Assembly: GCA_032718475.1 (NCBI GenBank)
Contig: JAUCBJ010008047.1
Span: 8,498-72,497, forward strand
DNA from: Nemertoderma westbladi
Taxonomy: Eukaryota > Animalia > Xenacoelomorpha
Length of the DNA: 64,000 bases
Direction: 5' to 3'
Numbering within the stretch: the stretch's first letter is position 1; the number at the start of each line of letters is the position of its first letter. A program made the position numbers and the translations under genes. This document shows positions 24,601 to 37,168 of the stretch, one piece after another. The notes beneath the pieces were generated by a model that saw only the letters and a program-made list of their open reading frames with translations, was not told where the DNA came from and ran no database searches.

Positions 24601-27600
24601 GATATGATCCCAAAAGCCTGGATTGTCATCTAGTACTCTACCGGTTTCTGGTTGAGATCTCCTTCAGGCCACCACAGAAATCTTAGGCTGTCTCTATCTC
24701 TATCCAGCGCCTTGACTTGTAAGAACATTCCTTCTATATCGGAGGCGAGCGCGATGGAATATTGTCTTAATCTTAAAAGTATTCCCAACAAAGATTGGAG
24801 TAAGTTGGGTCCTGGTAACAACTCGGAATTGAGGGATTGGCCCATGTATAGAGCGGAGCCATCGAATACGACTCGTACTTCATGGGGTTTACCGGGTTTG
24901 GGAACGTAATGATGTGTTAAGTAATACGTTCTCTCAGTTACTAGTGTTCCTTCCGGTACTCGCTCCGCGTATCCCTTTGTAATAAATTTCTTCAACTGAG
25001 TTTGGTACATTTCTTTAGCTGAAGCATTAGCCGTAAGGCGTCGATGTAATTGAGTGATTCTTTTCTCTGCCAATGGTCTGTTATTTATAAATCTAGGTTC
25101 TCGTTTTCGAAATGGTAGGCCGATTTCATATCTACCTTGATCTTTTAAAAAACGTGTAGTTGTTTCCTGGATTTGCTTGGCTCTTTCTTCTTCTATCGAT
25201 AGGGCCTTGTCGTATGAATTGGGCTCTACCAATTCTTGAGTAAAGAATCGTACGGCGAGTTCGTCCCGAGTTCTAGCGTTGTAGCGCTCTATCTCATCAT
25301 TTAGTTCGTCATTGTAATCAATGGGTCCCGATGGGTGAATCAGTTGACATAGGTTCACCTGGTTTTTCCAAGTTTTGTTTTCTGTAAGTAGGTCGATTGT
25401 GTTCTCTTCATCGAAGAGTTGATAGATGTCGTCATTATCTGAGGAGTATAGTGTTCCCTCAGTTAGTTCGTCCACCTCACTGCTCTCCACTTCCCAATCG
25501 TTTACTTGGTATATTCGTTCTTGTGGCATTCTCTCTTCGAGAGTTCTGCGGGAAGGGCCAGTAAAGTACCAACCTACTCTAGTTCTTACCGCATAGGTTT
25601 GTAGTGGCTGCGGTTGAGCAGGCCGTTTCTCCAATGTTTCGAGCGCCTCATGCGCGTTTTGGCCGATGAGTATTTGCACTCCAGGATAATCTGTCTGGAA
25701 TCGAGGTATCTTAAGCTGTTGGATGCTCTCGTCCTCGTCCCAGTTATAAGGTTCTACTTGGGTAGTAGCGAAGTTCTTTATAGCCACCATTTTTACTGAC
25801 CTTATACTTTGTGCTCCTAATTTATCCTGGGGGGTGGACAACGCACCTACATAGTAATCTGCCGTTATGGTAGATTTCCAAACCTGCATAATTCCTGACA
25901 TATTCAATTTAGTCCGGAATTTGGGTTGTCCAGCAAAGATATCTTCGGCTAGTTCTCGATCGATGAATGTTCCTGTGCTGCCGGAGTCAAGGAGGGCGTT
26001 CACTATGTAACTTTTGTTGGGACCGTGAACTCTTACCTGCACTACAGGAAATTCTCTGATTCCTACGTTGGAAGTTGGAGCTTTCCAAGATGGTTGTCTG
26101 TCAAAGGTAGTTGGGGGGAACTCATTGTCGGTGTCCTTTTCGTAAGTAAGTGCTCGATATACTGCGGTATTTATTAGGTAACAGGATTCGTTGGCGTCGG
26201 AGAATTCGTCAGTATAGAATCCTTCCATCTCAGACTCTTGATCAGTGTCATTTACATCACTGAATTGGACATGTAGTTCGGGCTCACTTACCTGACTCGG
26301 GTTGTCTCGTTCGAACTCACTGTGTAACAAGATGTGATGTTTCGCGCCACACTTTGCACATTTTACGTCGGAGTAACAGGTTCGCCGTTGGTGTCCTGAT
26401 CTGAGGCAATTATAGCATAACCGCTTATCCCACATGACTGCACGTCTGTCTACAAGGGATTTCTTTAGAAATTCAGCACACGCACTCAAACGGTGGGGCC
26501 CGTCGCACAGCGCACAGTTTGGTTTGATGTTACTCACTTTACCTTGGGTAACGTGATGCACTCTCGTTCTTTCTTCGGGCTTTCTTCCGTGCATTCTGTT
26601 AGGAGACTGAGGAGGAGTCTTGGCAACCTGTTCTCTCCTATCTTTGGTTCGAGCCTTGTATTTACTTACATCCTTTGAGGTTTTGTTAACGTAGTAAAAT
26701 CGGCCAGTGTCTTTCCCGCTGTCCTCTTCTTGAGAAGCTTGGCTTTCGCCGTCGTCAGTGTAACACACTGGTGTTACTCTTCTCCTAGAAACGGGTTTCT
26801 CACTTACCTTATTTTCCGATGTTTTCTCTCTGGACTGCTTGATGAGTTGTAGTTTTACTTCACCATCTAAGAAGGACATGAGATCAGCCATGGTAGGGCT
26901 TCGTCGTTGCTGCTCATTCATATACAACACTTTCTTGTCCCAGCGTGTACATACTCCACCCTTTGGTAAAGTAGAGACTACGGCTCCAATAACCATGGAA
27001 CTCTGATATTCATGAGACTTACCTAACCAGTCCAATTGTCTACAGATCTCCTGAATCTCATCGGAAAACTCTATAATCCCGCTACTGAGGAAGTTTCGGG
27101 GGGCTACTAATTTTGCATACAAATACTTAGCGATGTTATCCTTGTTACCATACCTGGTGTTTAATGTATCCCAAACTTGTCTTAATCCATCTGGATGTCC
27201 AATAAACTTTAACGCCATTAACTTGGGAGGTCCTTCCAAGCACTTGATGAGGAATCTAAGTTTCTCTCCGTTAGATAGTACAGAGTTCTGTATGCTATGT
27301 TTGTAATATTCATTGAAAGGTAACCATTTCATCTCATCTCCATTGAATTTGACGATCTCTCCCACTTTGACCGCTTGGCGGGCTTCTGTTCTAGCCATCT
27401 GACGCGTAAAGCTTTCTTGGGCCATCGTGTTTTTAATATCGAATTATCGGTATATGAATTTCTCGGATTATTATCAGGTCTATAGGGAATATCATTAACA
27501 ACAGGTTTATAATCACCCTTAATAGGGTTTGCTATAGGAGTTTCTACTTCACTAGCAGTATAGATGCGTGTAGGCTCCACACCTTGCGCATGTGATACTT

Positions 27601-29746
27601 CAGACCTAACAGGTTGACACAATGTTGCAGGGGGTATTGGTATACCCTTTTGTATATTGACTAATTTGTCGCGTTCCAGCGCGATACTTTGCTGCACTTC
27701 TTGCAATTCTAACCTACTTTCCCTTACTGTTCCCCTAAGTTGGTGGACAGTCTCCTGCATCTGTCCGAGCAGGAGATTCATCCCCCGCCGTCCCTCCTCT
27801 ACCCACTCGACCGCCGAAGCGGGAGTCGCCAACATTGTAGCGGGCCGACGCGGGACGACGGGAGACAAATCTTTGATTTCTCTCTCAGTGTCCAGGACAG
27901 GGATATTCGCATGGACTGTTCTACCGGGTACAGGCAGTGTAGTACTGTGTAGAGGGAATTTAGAGTTAAGCTCTGGAAGTACAGGGGTCTCTAGCACAGG
28001 AGTGGCTTTGGGAACGACAGGCCTAATTATTTCAGGCTCATCAACTATAGTAGGGAGTCTTTTGACCTTAATAATTTGGTCTGTGGGTTCTGTACTACCT
28101 AAGTCTGTGCTAGCTAGTTGTCTTCTAACCGCTGGGGGCAAATCAGGCAATTTGTGACGGTGAGATGTTTTTCTACGCCTGCTTAGACGAGATCTATTTC
28201 CTCCGCCTTCAGGATCGATGGTCTCGCCTTCCTCCGATGATGTGTATCCTTGGCGTTTGGGAGTAGATCGACTCATCATCTGCATTTGACAAGCAGTTAA
28301 CTGTTTATCTATGCAGTCTTGCATCTCTTGCAGATTTTCCAACTCCAGTTGGGTAGTCTCCTCAGACGCTCTCCGTTCTGCTTCTGCCACTGCCTTTGCC
28401 GCCTTTCTTTCCGCTTCTGCTTCTGCCATTGCCGCTGCCGCCTTTCTTTCCGCTTCTGCTTCTGCCATTGCCGCTGCCGCCTTTCTTTCCGCTTCTGCTT
28501 CTGCCATTGCCGCTGCCGCCTTTCTTTCCACTTCTGCTTCTGCCATTGCCGCTGCTACTGCTGCTGCCTTTCGGTCCTCTATCCGTTTTTTCTTTACTTG
28601 TTCTTCTTGGACTCTAGCGAGGCGGAGTTTTTCATCAAATTTAGCTTGGTTTGCAGCTAACATTTCCTCATCGATTGAGTCCAACACAAGCTTGGCTCCT
28701 TCACTATTGGGGCGAAGTCCAGCCAATCGTCTCCTCAACTCTTCATCACCTAGGAAATGTTGATAGTCTGACAGATAGATGTCTATGGCGTCTCTCGTTC
28801 GCGGTCTCTCTGCGGTCACTTCGCTTTCCACTTGAGAAAAGGTGGCATCGGTTGATTCTTCATAGGTTGGTCGCTCAGACAGCTGGGATTTCCACTGGGC
28901 CGTTTCTTGTACTTTGAGACCTACCCGCTGGAACCAAGTCTTGACAGCAACTTGCAGCGACGTGTCCTGTCTTCTTTTGGAAGTTTCCTCAAAGGCTGAT
29001 AGGATTAGTCTAATGCGTAGGGTTCTTTCGTGTACTTGATATAGCAGCTCTTCCTGCTCTTGAGGTCCTTGGGGTTGTCGAAACAGTTGTTCTTCTAATC
29101 GCTCTAAGGAGCCGAAGAATCCCTGCACATATCCTGCTGCTGACCTCTTCCAAACAGCTGGATCCATCGTATCTTTAGTCACTCCCATCCTGTGTATGTC
29201 TTCCCAAGTAGCTTCGGACAAATCTAACGGGAGTCCGGGTCCGGGAAAGTTCCATTGTGACTCGACAATAGACATCAATTCTTCCCTGGCGTATCCCGCA
29301 TAACTATCTTGGGTCGCTCGCTTACTTCTCGCCCAATCGCCTTGGTGTTCCTCCACCGCAATCAATATAGTAGTTAGTACTGCGGCAGGAACGGTGAGAA
29401 GGGGATCCGAATAGGCTGTAGCCGCCATCTTCACTCCGCGTTCGGGGGTCAGCTCTACAGTATCCGAACTACTGGAGCTATCGGGTCACTGGGAACGAGT
29501 TTCTTGACTAGGATGTTGCTGCTGTTGGACAGCTGCCTCTTGGTTCCGTTTGACCTGGGCCCGAGTGCCGATGATAGACCTACGGTGTTGGATTAGCCTA
29601 GGGTCTGATACTACTACTGGAGGGATGACCTTTCTTTCAGTAGGAGGTGAGCTGAACCCCTTTCTTAATCGCTCCACACTCCTATCTGTGTCACAGATGG
29701 TTGTGTCGATTAGACTGTCTGACAGGTTTTGCTTTGTGTCAGACAT
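21619..29746 (-). pseudogene. gag-pol: BEL/Pao gag-pol of element A (disrupted)
   Basis: ATG at 29746; in-frame TGA at 29486; frame break ~27430. Gag core (KFNGDEMKWLPF), three Cys/His boxes, protease LLDSGST, in-frame TAG at 24630, RT YMDD, frame break ~24200, RNase H FGDAS/NPADIASRG, integrase TGVDLFGP/SDKGTNF/GGSWERL, frame break ~21990 into the C-terminal domain. Confidence 0.95.
28375..28560 (-). repeat. 39-bp coding tandem repeat in Gag N-terminal extension (AEAEAERKAAAAM x4-5)
   Basis: Unit GCCGCCTTTCTTTCCGCTTCTGCTTCTGCCATTGCCGCT on + strand. Confidence 0.9.
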
Positions 29747-31084
29747 ACTTAGCTATACAGTTGAATGCTTACTGCTATATTTACAGTTAAAGCAAGTCTA
29801 GTAATTCAGTATGACCGTTGGCCTAGTACCGGTAATTAATTACAATATATTAGAATACCGGTATACACTTATAGTATATATAAGTATGGTAGACTAGGTT
29901 TGTCACAAAATACCGGTATATAATTTTTAGCACAAATATATATAAATATATAATAGGCCTATCGTGAATACCGGTATGCAGCTTACACTTATAGTATATA
30001 TAAGTATAATTATGAACTAGAATTAATTACAGAATACCGGTATGATTTCAGCCCAAATTTATAGAAATAAATATAATAAGCCTATGGTAAATACCGGTAT
30101 GTCAATTATTTTAGAATAATTGAATTTCTGAATTTTTAGGGTTACTTGGTTACTTTAACTTACTTTATTACCGTTATTTAAGCAGTAGTCCAACTGATAT
30201 TGAGACCTAGTTATTGTATGGCAGGCCTACTATTTATAAATCGTTTGAGTTGATTTAAAATATATATATATATACCCGTTTAAAATGGGTTTTGTCAATA
30301 TTTGAAATAAATGTTATTATTTCTGGGGGGAGTCACTACACAGAAGATGTGCGCTCTCAGTGAAGTGCTACTTGTTGGACACTAAAACAGATAATTCTAA
30401 CTTACCTAAGTTACTTAATACTACAAATTACTTACGATACGGGTGAGATTAATTCTCTAATTAAACATAACAAAAATATTACGTACGAAATTTTAGGGTA
30501 ATTTTACAGGAAGTCTACAAACCAGCCTAACAAAGGGTTAGGATTCTGGTTATTACAACGGACAGGGTACTACGGTATTTGAAAATAATAAGTAGTAGTA
30601 AATATATTGCGCTGTCCAGATAGGAAAAATACCACCGTCTGACGACCTATAGCCGTATCGCTATAGGTACTACGTTATGTATCACGGAGTGTTCCTACCT
30701 GGAAGTTAATTACCGCGGACTACCAGATCCAACGTGCCTATTAACCACTTTACAACACAATACACTGCCTACACACTAATTACTTTCGGAAAGCACTGTA
30801 CACTAAACCCTAAATTAGGTACAAGTACATATTAAAACAGATAACTAGCAGTTAAATATACTTGAACAGTTAAAAGAACCACGGCATCTGCTGGAGTGAC
30901 CGGAGCACAAAGTCACCAGTCTTTACCTACGCCAAGCAGCCCGTGTAGTACCGGGGTTAATTTAACTATAACGGTATGTGTAACAAGCACAATTACTGTA
31001 GGAATAAACTTGGGGACATGAATGTTGCGAATAATCGCATAAACTCTGAATAATAAATATTACGCTACCCGTACAGAATACTCA

Positions 31085-31620
31085 AACAAAATACAAACCA
31101 AACGCTGGCAGACTACCACCAAGCCTAAATAAACTACAGTATGTGCAGATTCCGAAATGGTTAGTTAGTATGCGTTCTAACACGGTAGTACGACTTATTC
31201 TTTAGGAGGGGGTTGACCTTACAGCTCTGGATGCCCCAACTTACTAACTGGCACTTTATCAGACAAACTCTACACACGCAGCAATCTCTTCAGACCTAAT
31301 AATAGCTAGACAACAATCCAGCCTACAAAATATCTGAGTAATAACTATTACGGTACCTGAACAGACCACACAAACAAACACAGGCTAAAACGCTGGCAGA
31401 CTACTATCAAGCCTAAATAAACTACAGTATATGCAGATTCCAAAATGGTTAGTTAGTATGCGTTCTAACACGGTAGTACGACTTATTCTTTAAGAGGGGA
31501 TTGACCTTACAACTCAAGATGCCCCAACTTACTAACTGGCACTTTATCGGACAGACTCTACACACGCCGCAATCTCTCCAGACCCAACAACAGTCAGACA
31601 ACAGTCCAGCCTACAATTAT
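31085..31620. repeat. ~288-bp tandem duplication in the 5' UTR of A
   Basis: ACGCTGGCAGACTAC...CCAGCCTACAA at 31102 and again at 31390. Confidence 0.85.
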
Positions 31621-31812
31621 CTGAACAATCTGAGCAGACTTACACGTCTTCAGCTCAATATTAACTTACATGTAAATAAAACCGACAGAAATAAGTAAAA
31701 TCTCAATAAAAAACCAGGGCTGCAGTCCCTGATTAAATACTAAGACCTACTGGTATACAATAATCAAAATCGAATAATACTAATGTACTTATACTGGAAG
31801 TACCAGTTAGGA

Positions 31813-32002
31813 CAGTTGGGCCTACAGACCTACAGCAGTACCGGTTCAGGCAGTTAGGCCTGCGGACCTACAGCAGTACCGGTTCAGGCAGTTAGGCCTA
31901 CGGACCTACAGCAGTACCGGTTCTGGCAGTTGGGCCTACGGACCTACAGCAGTACCGGTTCTGGCAGTTGGGCCTACGGACCTACGGCAGTACCGGTTCA
32001 GG
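31813..32002. repeat. 38-bp minisatellite x5 next to the 5' LTR of A
   Basis: Unit CAGTTRGGCCTACGGACCTACAGCAGTACCGGTTCWGG. Confidence 0.9.
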
Positions 32003-32064
32003 TTTACCGGTCGACTGGTACTTTCAACTTTATTGCTTACTGCAATAAAGACAATAACTGTTAT

Positions 32065-33250
32065 TGTACGCGCTTTTGAAGACCTTTAGCAGTTTAACCT
32101 GCCAAAATTTATATGTCTTTTGGTTTATAAATAGACTTTAGCATATGACAAGTATTTAATACCAATAAACACAACATTAGCCGAAGCCAGCCTAGTGCGC
32201 GTCCATTCACCCGCTGGATATACCCGGGAGACTGGATTCGGAGGGCTTAGATTGTTATTGCAGTGTAAGCTTACTGTATTATTCGATTGATCGTTAATAA
32301 ATAATTTCTGACAAATATTATTCACTTTCGGGAAATATTAACAGTTCCTTTAGGACGTGGCGCTCTATCTAGGTAAACAGAACTATGACTTATACTAAAC
32401 ACAACGGTAAGACGGTAAGGCTTATGATTCACGTATGAGGCGCATTCTTTAGGAAATGCTTAGTTATCAGCCACAATCATGCACACTACCGGTACCGCAC
32501 AATACTGCACACTAATCTGCCGACTGTCAATGAATTTTATCATACATAAAGAGAACAGCAATTGACTCATGTAGTGCTTATCAAATAGCATTAAATTCAC
32601 TACAAACCACGATAATATAAGTCACAATCACTATATGTAACCTGTCTCTCTAACCTGTAGTGTATCAAGAAAATTGGGAAATTTGGGTTATTTATCGATG
32701 TTCTCCAAGTAATAATATTCAACCAACTGATACAAATAATGACAACAGCAAATAGCAGTATAATAATGTATGTTGAACCGATAATGTAAGACTGAACTGA
32801 TTGGGTTGTTAAGATAACAGTTATACGTTCTATAATCTAAGCCTACTAATGTTTCTTCTAAAGTCTGAAACGAATTGACTCTAGAGCCGGTGTTCTTGGC
32901 CTAGATAGAAACAACAAAAACTATAACACAGAAAACATAAGACTGAACACTCCTAGCACGATCTGTAGAATATCTCCACATCGACAGTAAAAATCGCCCT
33001 GATTGGCTGTTAAGCTAAACAAAGAACCATGTGTCCAACGGCCGTTTCCATGCCAGCAACCAGCTGTTAGATGTCGTAATCTGAATCATCAAGGCTACAC
33101 TGTGCTAGAGGATTTGAAGCATTGCGGGTTTTGTGCCTTGCCATGTCCGCCAAAGCACACATATAGACGAATGACTTTTATGTCCGTTAAAACACCTACA
33201 ACGGTACTTTGCGGGCAAGGGGACTGATTATATCCGCAAAAGCTTTTACA
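32065..33250 (-). repeat. 5' LTR of element A (1186 bp)
   Basis: Direct repeat of 17142-18328, followed by TSD AGGGC. Confidence 0.97.
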
Positions 33251-33755
33251 AGGGCTTCATAGCTTTTGCTCAGCTGCAGTGAAGCTGGATCTCACACTCT
33301 GATGTTGCAAGAGAGCACACATTATTTATGCCATATTAAATATGTTAAGATGGCTTAGAATGAATATTGTGAATATGAATATTGTAATGGCTTCTTCTAC
33401 TGTAATTCGCAATCGCAGTTGTGACGTTCCCAACAGAGCGATCTAAAAATCCCAAACTATCCAAAATACTATTAATTTTAGTACCACGACGCGACGTTGT
33501 TGTTCCGCATTGAGACGCTGCGCTCCTCCTTAAAAATGTATTCCCGGCTTTCTGAGCTGTTGAGATATAACATAAGAGGAACACCGGCTGACGGGTCTTT
33601 TCACCAGGGTTATTGCTTCCAATATGAATCAATTGATTGAGAGTTATAGTGCAGATATATTTAAATCAGAGGGAAGTAATGTTGAATTGACATCAGTCAG
33701 TGTACCGTTATGGCGTATCTGTATGGGCTGATTGCTGACGTGTTCCCAGGAGAGT

Positions 33756-33958
33756 CAATGGCGCAAAATGACCGCAAACACAAAATAAATTTTAGTGGGT
33801 TTTAAAAAATGGTTTAATTTAATTAAAAACGTTACGGGATAGGAACAGGTTATAGTGGCGGTGTTTTCTAACCAAAATAATAAACTATACATTATTTCAC
33901 TTGCGGTCAATTTCGGCTGAAGATCACTACTTTCGCTTGCGGTCAAAGTGCGCCACTA
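33756..33958. mobile_element. Small MITE-like element
   Basis: Imperfect terminal inverted repeats TGGCGCAAAATGACCGCAA / TTGCGGTCAAAGTGCGCCA. No clean TSD. Confidence 0.45.
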
Positions 33959-34418
33959 TCTGTCCCAGGAAGTGTGTAATGGGAGAATGACACTGACAGT
34001 ACCGGTACAGTGTTATCTATCTACATGTAATGCCGCATTCAAACCTATAGGCCTCATAGATTTGTCAAATAAATAATTCACAAAATTTTATCAAAAGTGA
34101 CAGTTGAAAGAAAAATTGCAATTTGTATCAATCATTTTCTATAATTTATCATATTTGTTAGTTATTTGTCAAATACTTAACACAAATTTATGAAAAGTGT
34201 CAATCAAAAGAAAAGTTGTAATTTTATCGAGAACTTAGTATAACTTGCCAAAATTGTTAGTTATTTGTGAAGTATTTACAAAATATTTAAAAATTTACAT
34301 GGTCTCTCGGTTTGACAAATAAAACAATCAGATATCAAGCAGACAACAAGTACTTAGTAGAACTACTATTATTTTTCACCAGGGTAGTCCGATTTCTAAG
34401 TTCTGTTGGCGCAAAGAC

Positions 34419-34980
34419 TGTGACGGGATCCCTGAGTTGGCGAGGGAATCCCGACCGGGTTTTGTCTTGGTTCAATACGACTGTGGCTGAATGACTGAAG
34501 GCCAAAGGCCGGTTATAATAAAGGAGTTTGGTGTTAATGTTGTTAATCTCTCATAAGTATACAAGTACCAGGTTCTAATCAGTACAACAGTAATCACAAT
34601 GATAGCAGACAACGACGGCGACGGTTGAAAGCAGTCCGACTTCTGCTTACCCAATATACCAATTAAAGTACAATTGACAGAGTAACGGTCATATATTACA
34701 TGGGACACATTAATTACCTAGGTGTGGCCAACCAGTGGACGCGCTGTAATGGGACACATGCTGTCCCTCCATTGGTCGACCTATCCCCTGTTCCTATGCT
34801 AGCTTCTACCCTGAGATGAGCTGTGTGCTGGCATCTCTCCCTGTGGCTGGCACTGTATATTGCTAGGTGCTAATTGTTAGGTGACATTATATTTGTAATG
34901 TCACCTAATCAACCATAATTGGTAAAAAGCCACTCTCCCCATTTTCCGCTGGGTAGTGCAGCGAATTGGACACGCTTACA
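34419..34980. mobile_element. Solo LTR (~562 bp), same family as 36243-36827
   Basis: Starts TGTGACGGGATC, ends GCGAATTGGACACGCTTACA; flanks AAGAC/CAGAC (5-bp TSD, 1 mismatch). Confidence 0.7.
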
Positions 34981-35287
34981 CAGACTAAGTTCATTATTTA
35001 TTACTTTGGCCATAACAAGACGATTTTCACTGGAAGGAATGAAGTGTAAATACATTAGGCCTACGCTGTTATCCTGTATTTTTTTCTTTCGAAACAGAAT
35101 ATCTAGGACTTATTACCACTGGGTCCAGTAGAGTCTATAGCATTCCGCATTCCGATTCATTTCTTGAACTGAGTCCCTGCCGAAAATAACCCATTTGACC
35201 CTATATCCCATGAAAATAACCAAATAACACAAATGACTAGCATGCATGCAACCAGTTGTCTATGGAACAGGTTTAGCTATCTCTTAA

Positions 35288-37042
35288 CCCTATTAAACGC
35301 GGGGGGGGGGGGGGGGGGTCAATATGACCCCCCCCCCCGTGGTTTTTTTATTATAATTCTGAAACAAACGCAGTTGGGAATCTGAAATTTTATGACTTTT
35401 CCTAAAAATCTATTGTCTTCCTAGTAGTAAAAATCGTTTTCAAAAATATTGAAATATAGTTTTCGAGTTATAGCACCATTTTTTGACCTTAATTTTGGCA
35501 CTTTTTTTGAGAAGTTATTTGAAAATTACATTTCATTAAATATGAATTGTAACATCTCTATTTTTGATTTACACCGGTTTTTTTGGTGTTAGCAATTGGA
35601 TGGAATTTATATAAATTAATTTAGAAATTTCAAACTTGTTTTTTTCGGCGGGTGCCAAATTTTGGTGCAGGACCAAATTTTGAAATATGTCAATTTTGTA
35701 AATTGATTGTTTGAAACTTGGTTTTTTTACGCAATTGGGGTTTTTTGGGGTTCTGGTTTCGATGAAATATATACGAGTTGCACCAAGCGTATTAAACTTG
35801 TATTTTTCGGTGCTGTGTGCAAATTTTGGTGCTAGCACGAAATTTTGAAAATCCATTCAATAGATAAAATTGCTTGTGACAATTTATTTCTTGCGTTTTA
35901 GAGGTTTATGGAATATATAATAATCGAACTAGACATCTCAAACTTGTATTTTTCGGAAGTGGGTGCAAAATGTGGTGCTAGCACCAAATTTTGAAAACCA
36001 TCAAATATATCAATTGATTGTGTTACCTGGTTTCTTGCGTTATACGGGTTTGTGAGGGTTCTGAATTCAATTGAATCAGTAAAAATTGTATAAGAGTTTT
36101 CAAACTTGTATTTATCGCTGGTGGGTGAAAGTTGTTGTGCCAGCACCAAATTTTGGAAAATAAGAAAATTGATCAGTAGATAGTATCATCTTGTTTTTTG
36201 TGTTATACGGGTTTATGAGGGTCCGGAATCCGATGGAATCACTGTGACGGGATCAAGGGATCCCGACCGGTTTGATAGGCTACGCGTCACCATATTATTG
36301 AGAAAGATAATAGTTTGTTGTTATCGCTTTGATATTCGTTATAGATATGTAAATGGATAATGGATGATAGCACAGTTGACAGAATAATATAATAGCAGTA
36401 TACTGACCGGTAATGTAACATGTAGTGATGGTGACGGTGACGGTGCGAAATGTCACCGGTTTGCACTGAACTGAATGACTGAGTAAACTGGGCAACTGAC
36501 CGGTAATGGGATAATATATGTATTCGTCCCTACATTACTTTGGCCTTTGTCCAGTGGATACTTTTACCCTGTTCCCATTGGTTGATGACCTACTTCACGC
36601 CTCTCACTTCTATGGGAGTGCCCCCCCCCCCCGCTCTTGGTAATCTGCCCTCTCGAGGTGGTTTGACCTCTAACCTCCCTTTGTGTGGCTTTTGGGGTGT
36701 ATGTTATCCCCGTTATTGGGTGTGATACGAGATTGGTTGTTATCAATCTCGTATCTCCAATATTGCTGAAAAAGGCGCCACTTCCCAACTTTATGGGGAT
36801 AGTGAGGCGGAATTGAATCCGCTGACAATCACTAAAAACAGCACTGGACATCGCAAACTTGTACTTTTTGGTGATGGGTAGGAAATTTGGTGCTAGCACC
36901 AAAATTTGCCAAATTACGCCGAAAAATACAAGTACAGTAGCAATGATCTGGCATATTAGAAATGTATTCTATTAGAAGCAGTGCCCTAGAAAACCTGAAA
37001 ATGTGAATTTATAGCATCGTATAAGTGAATTAAAAATTTTGT
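35288..37042. mobile_element. Second copy of the piggyBac-like MITE; right end missing, interrupted by a solo LTR and by element B
   Basis: TTAA at 35284-35287 then CCCTATTAAAC; colinear with 6277-7446 up to ...TAAAAATTTTGT, where B begins. Confidence 0.9.
36243..36827. mobile_element. Solo LTR (585 bp)
   Basis: TGTGACGG...CCGCTGACA with perfect 5-bp TSD ATCAC (36238-36242, 36828-36832); the empty site is visible in MITE copy 1 near 7237. Confidence 0.9.
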
Positions 37043-37168
37043 TATAGAATTATATTCCCTAAATGCCGTGGATTTTCAAAATTTTATTTTATTCGAATTA
37101 ACTTTGTAAAGATTGCTTTGAGTTCTCATTAGTATTGGTTCTATCTATTGTGTATCTATCGGTCAAGT

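Larger units (their letters stand above)
17142..33250 (-). mobile_element. Full-length BEL/Pao LTR retrotransposon 'A' (16.1 kb) with accessory ORF3
   Basis: Two near-identical LTRs with TG...CA ends; 5-bp TSD AGGGC at 17137-17141 and 33251-33255; gag-PR-RT-RH-IN order with BEL signatures; PPT GGGAGCGG at 18336-18329. Confidence 0.97.

Noticed and set aside
27420-27450. Programmed -1 frameshift within gag of A
   Set aside because: A TTA AAA is not a canonical slippery heptamer and B is open through the equivalent point, so a mutation is more likely.
30893-30906. 14-mer GGAGTGACCGGAGC shared with ~61438
   Set aside because: A single short match with no flanking similarity; cannot be separated from chance.
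31813-32002. Regular short repeats (also 56412-56800 and 41636-41865) as a CRISPR array
   Set aside because: Units are head-to-tail with no unique spacers, there are no cas genes, and the context is eukaryotic retrotransposon.
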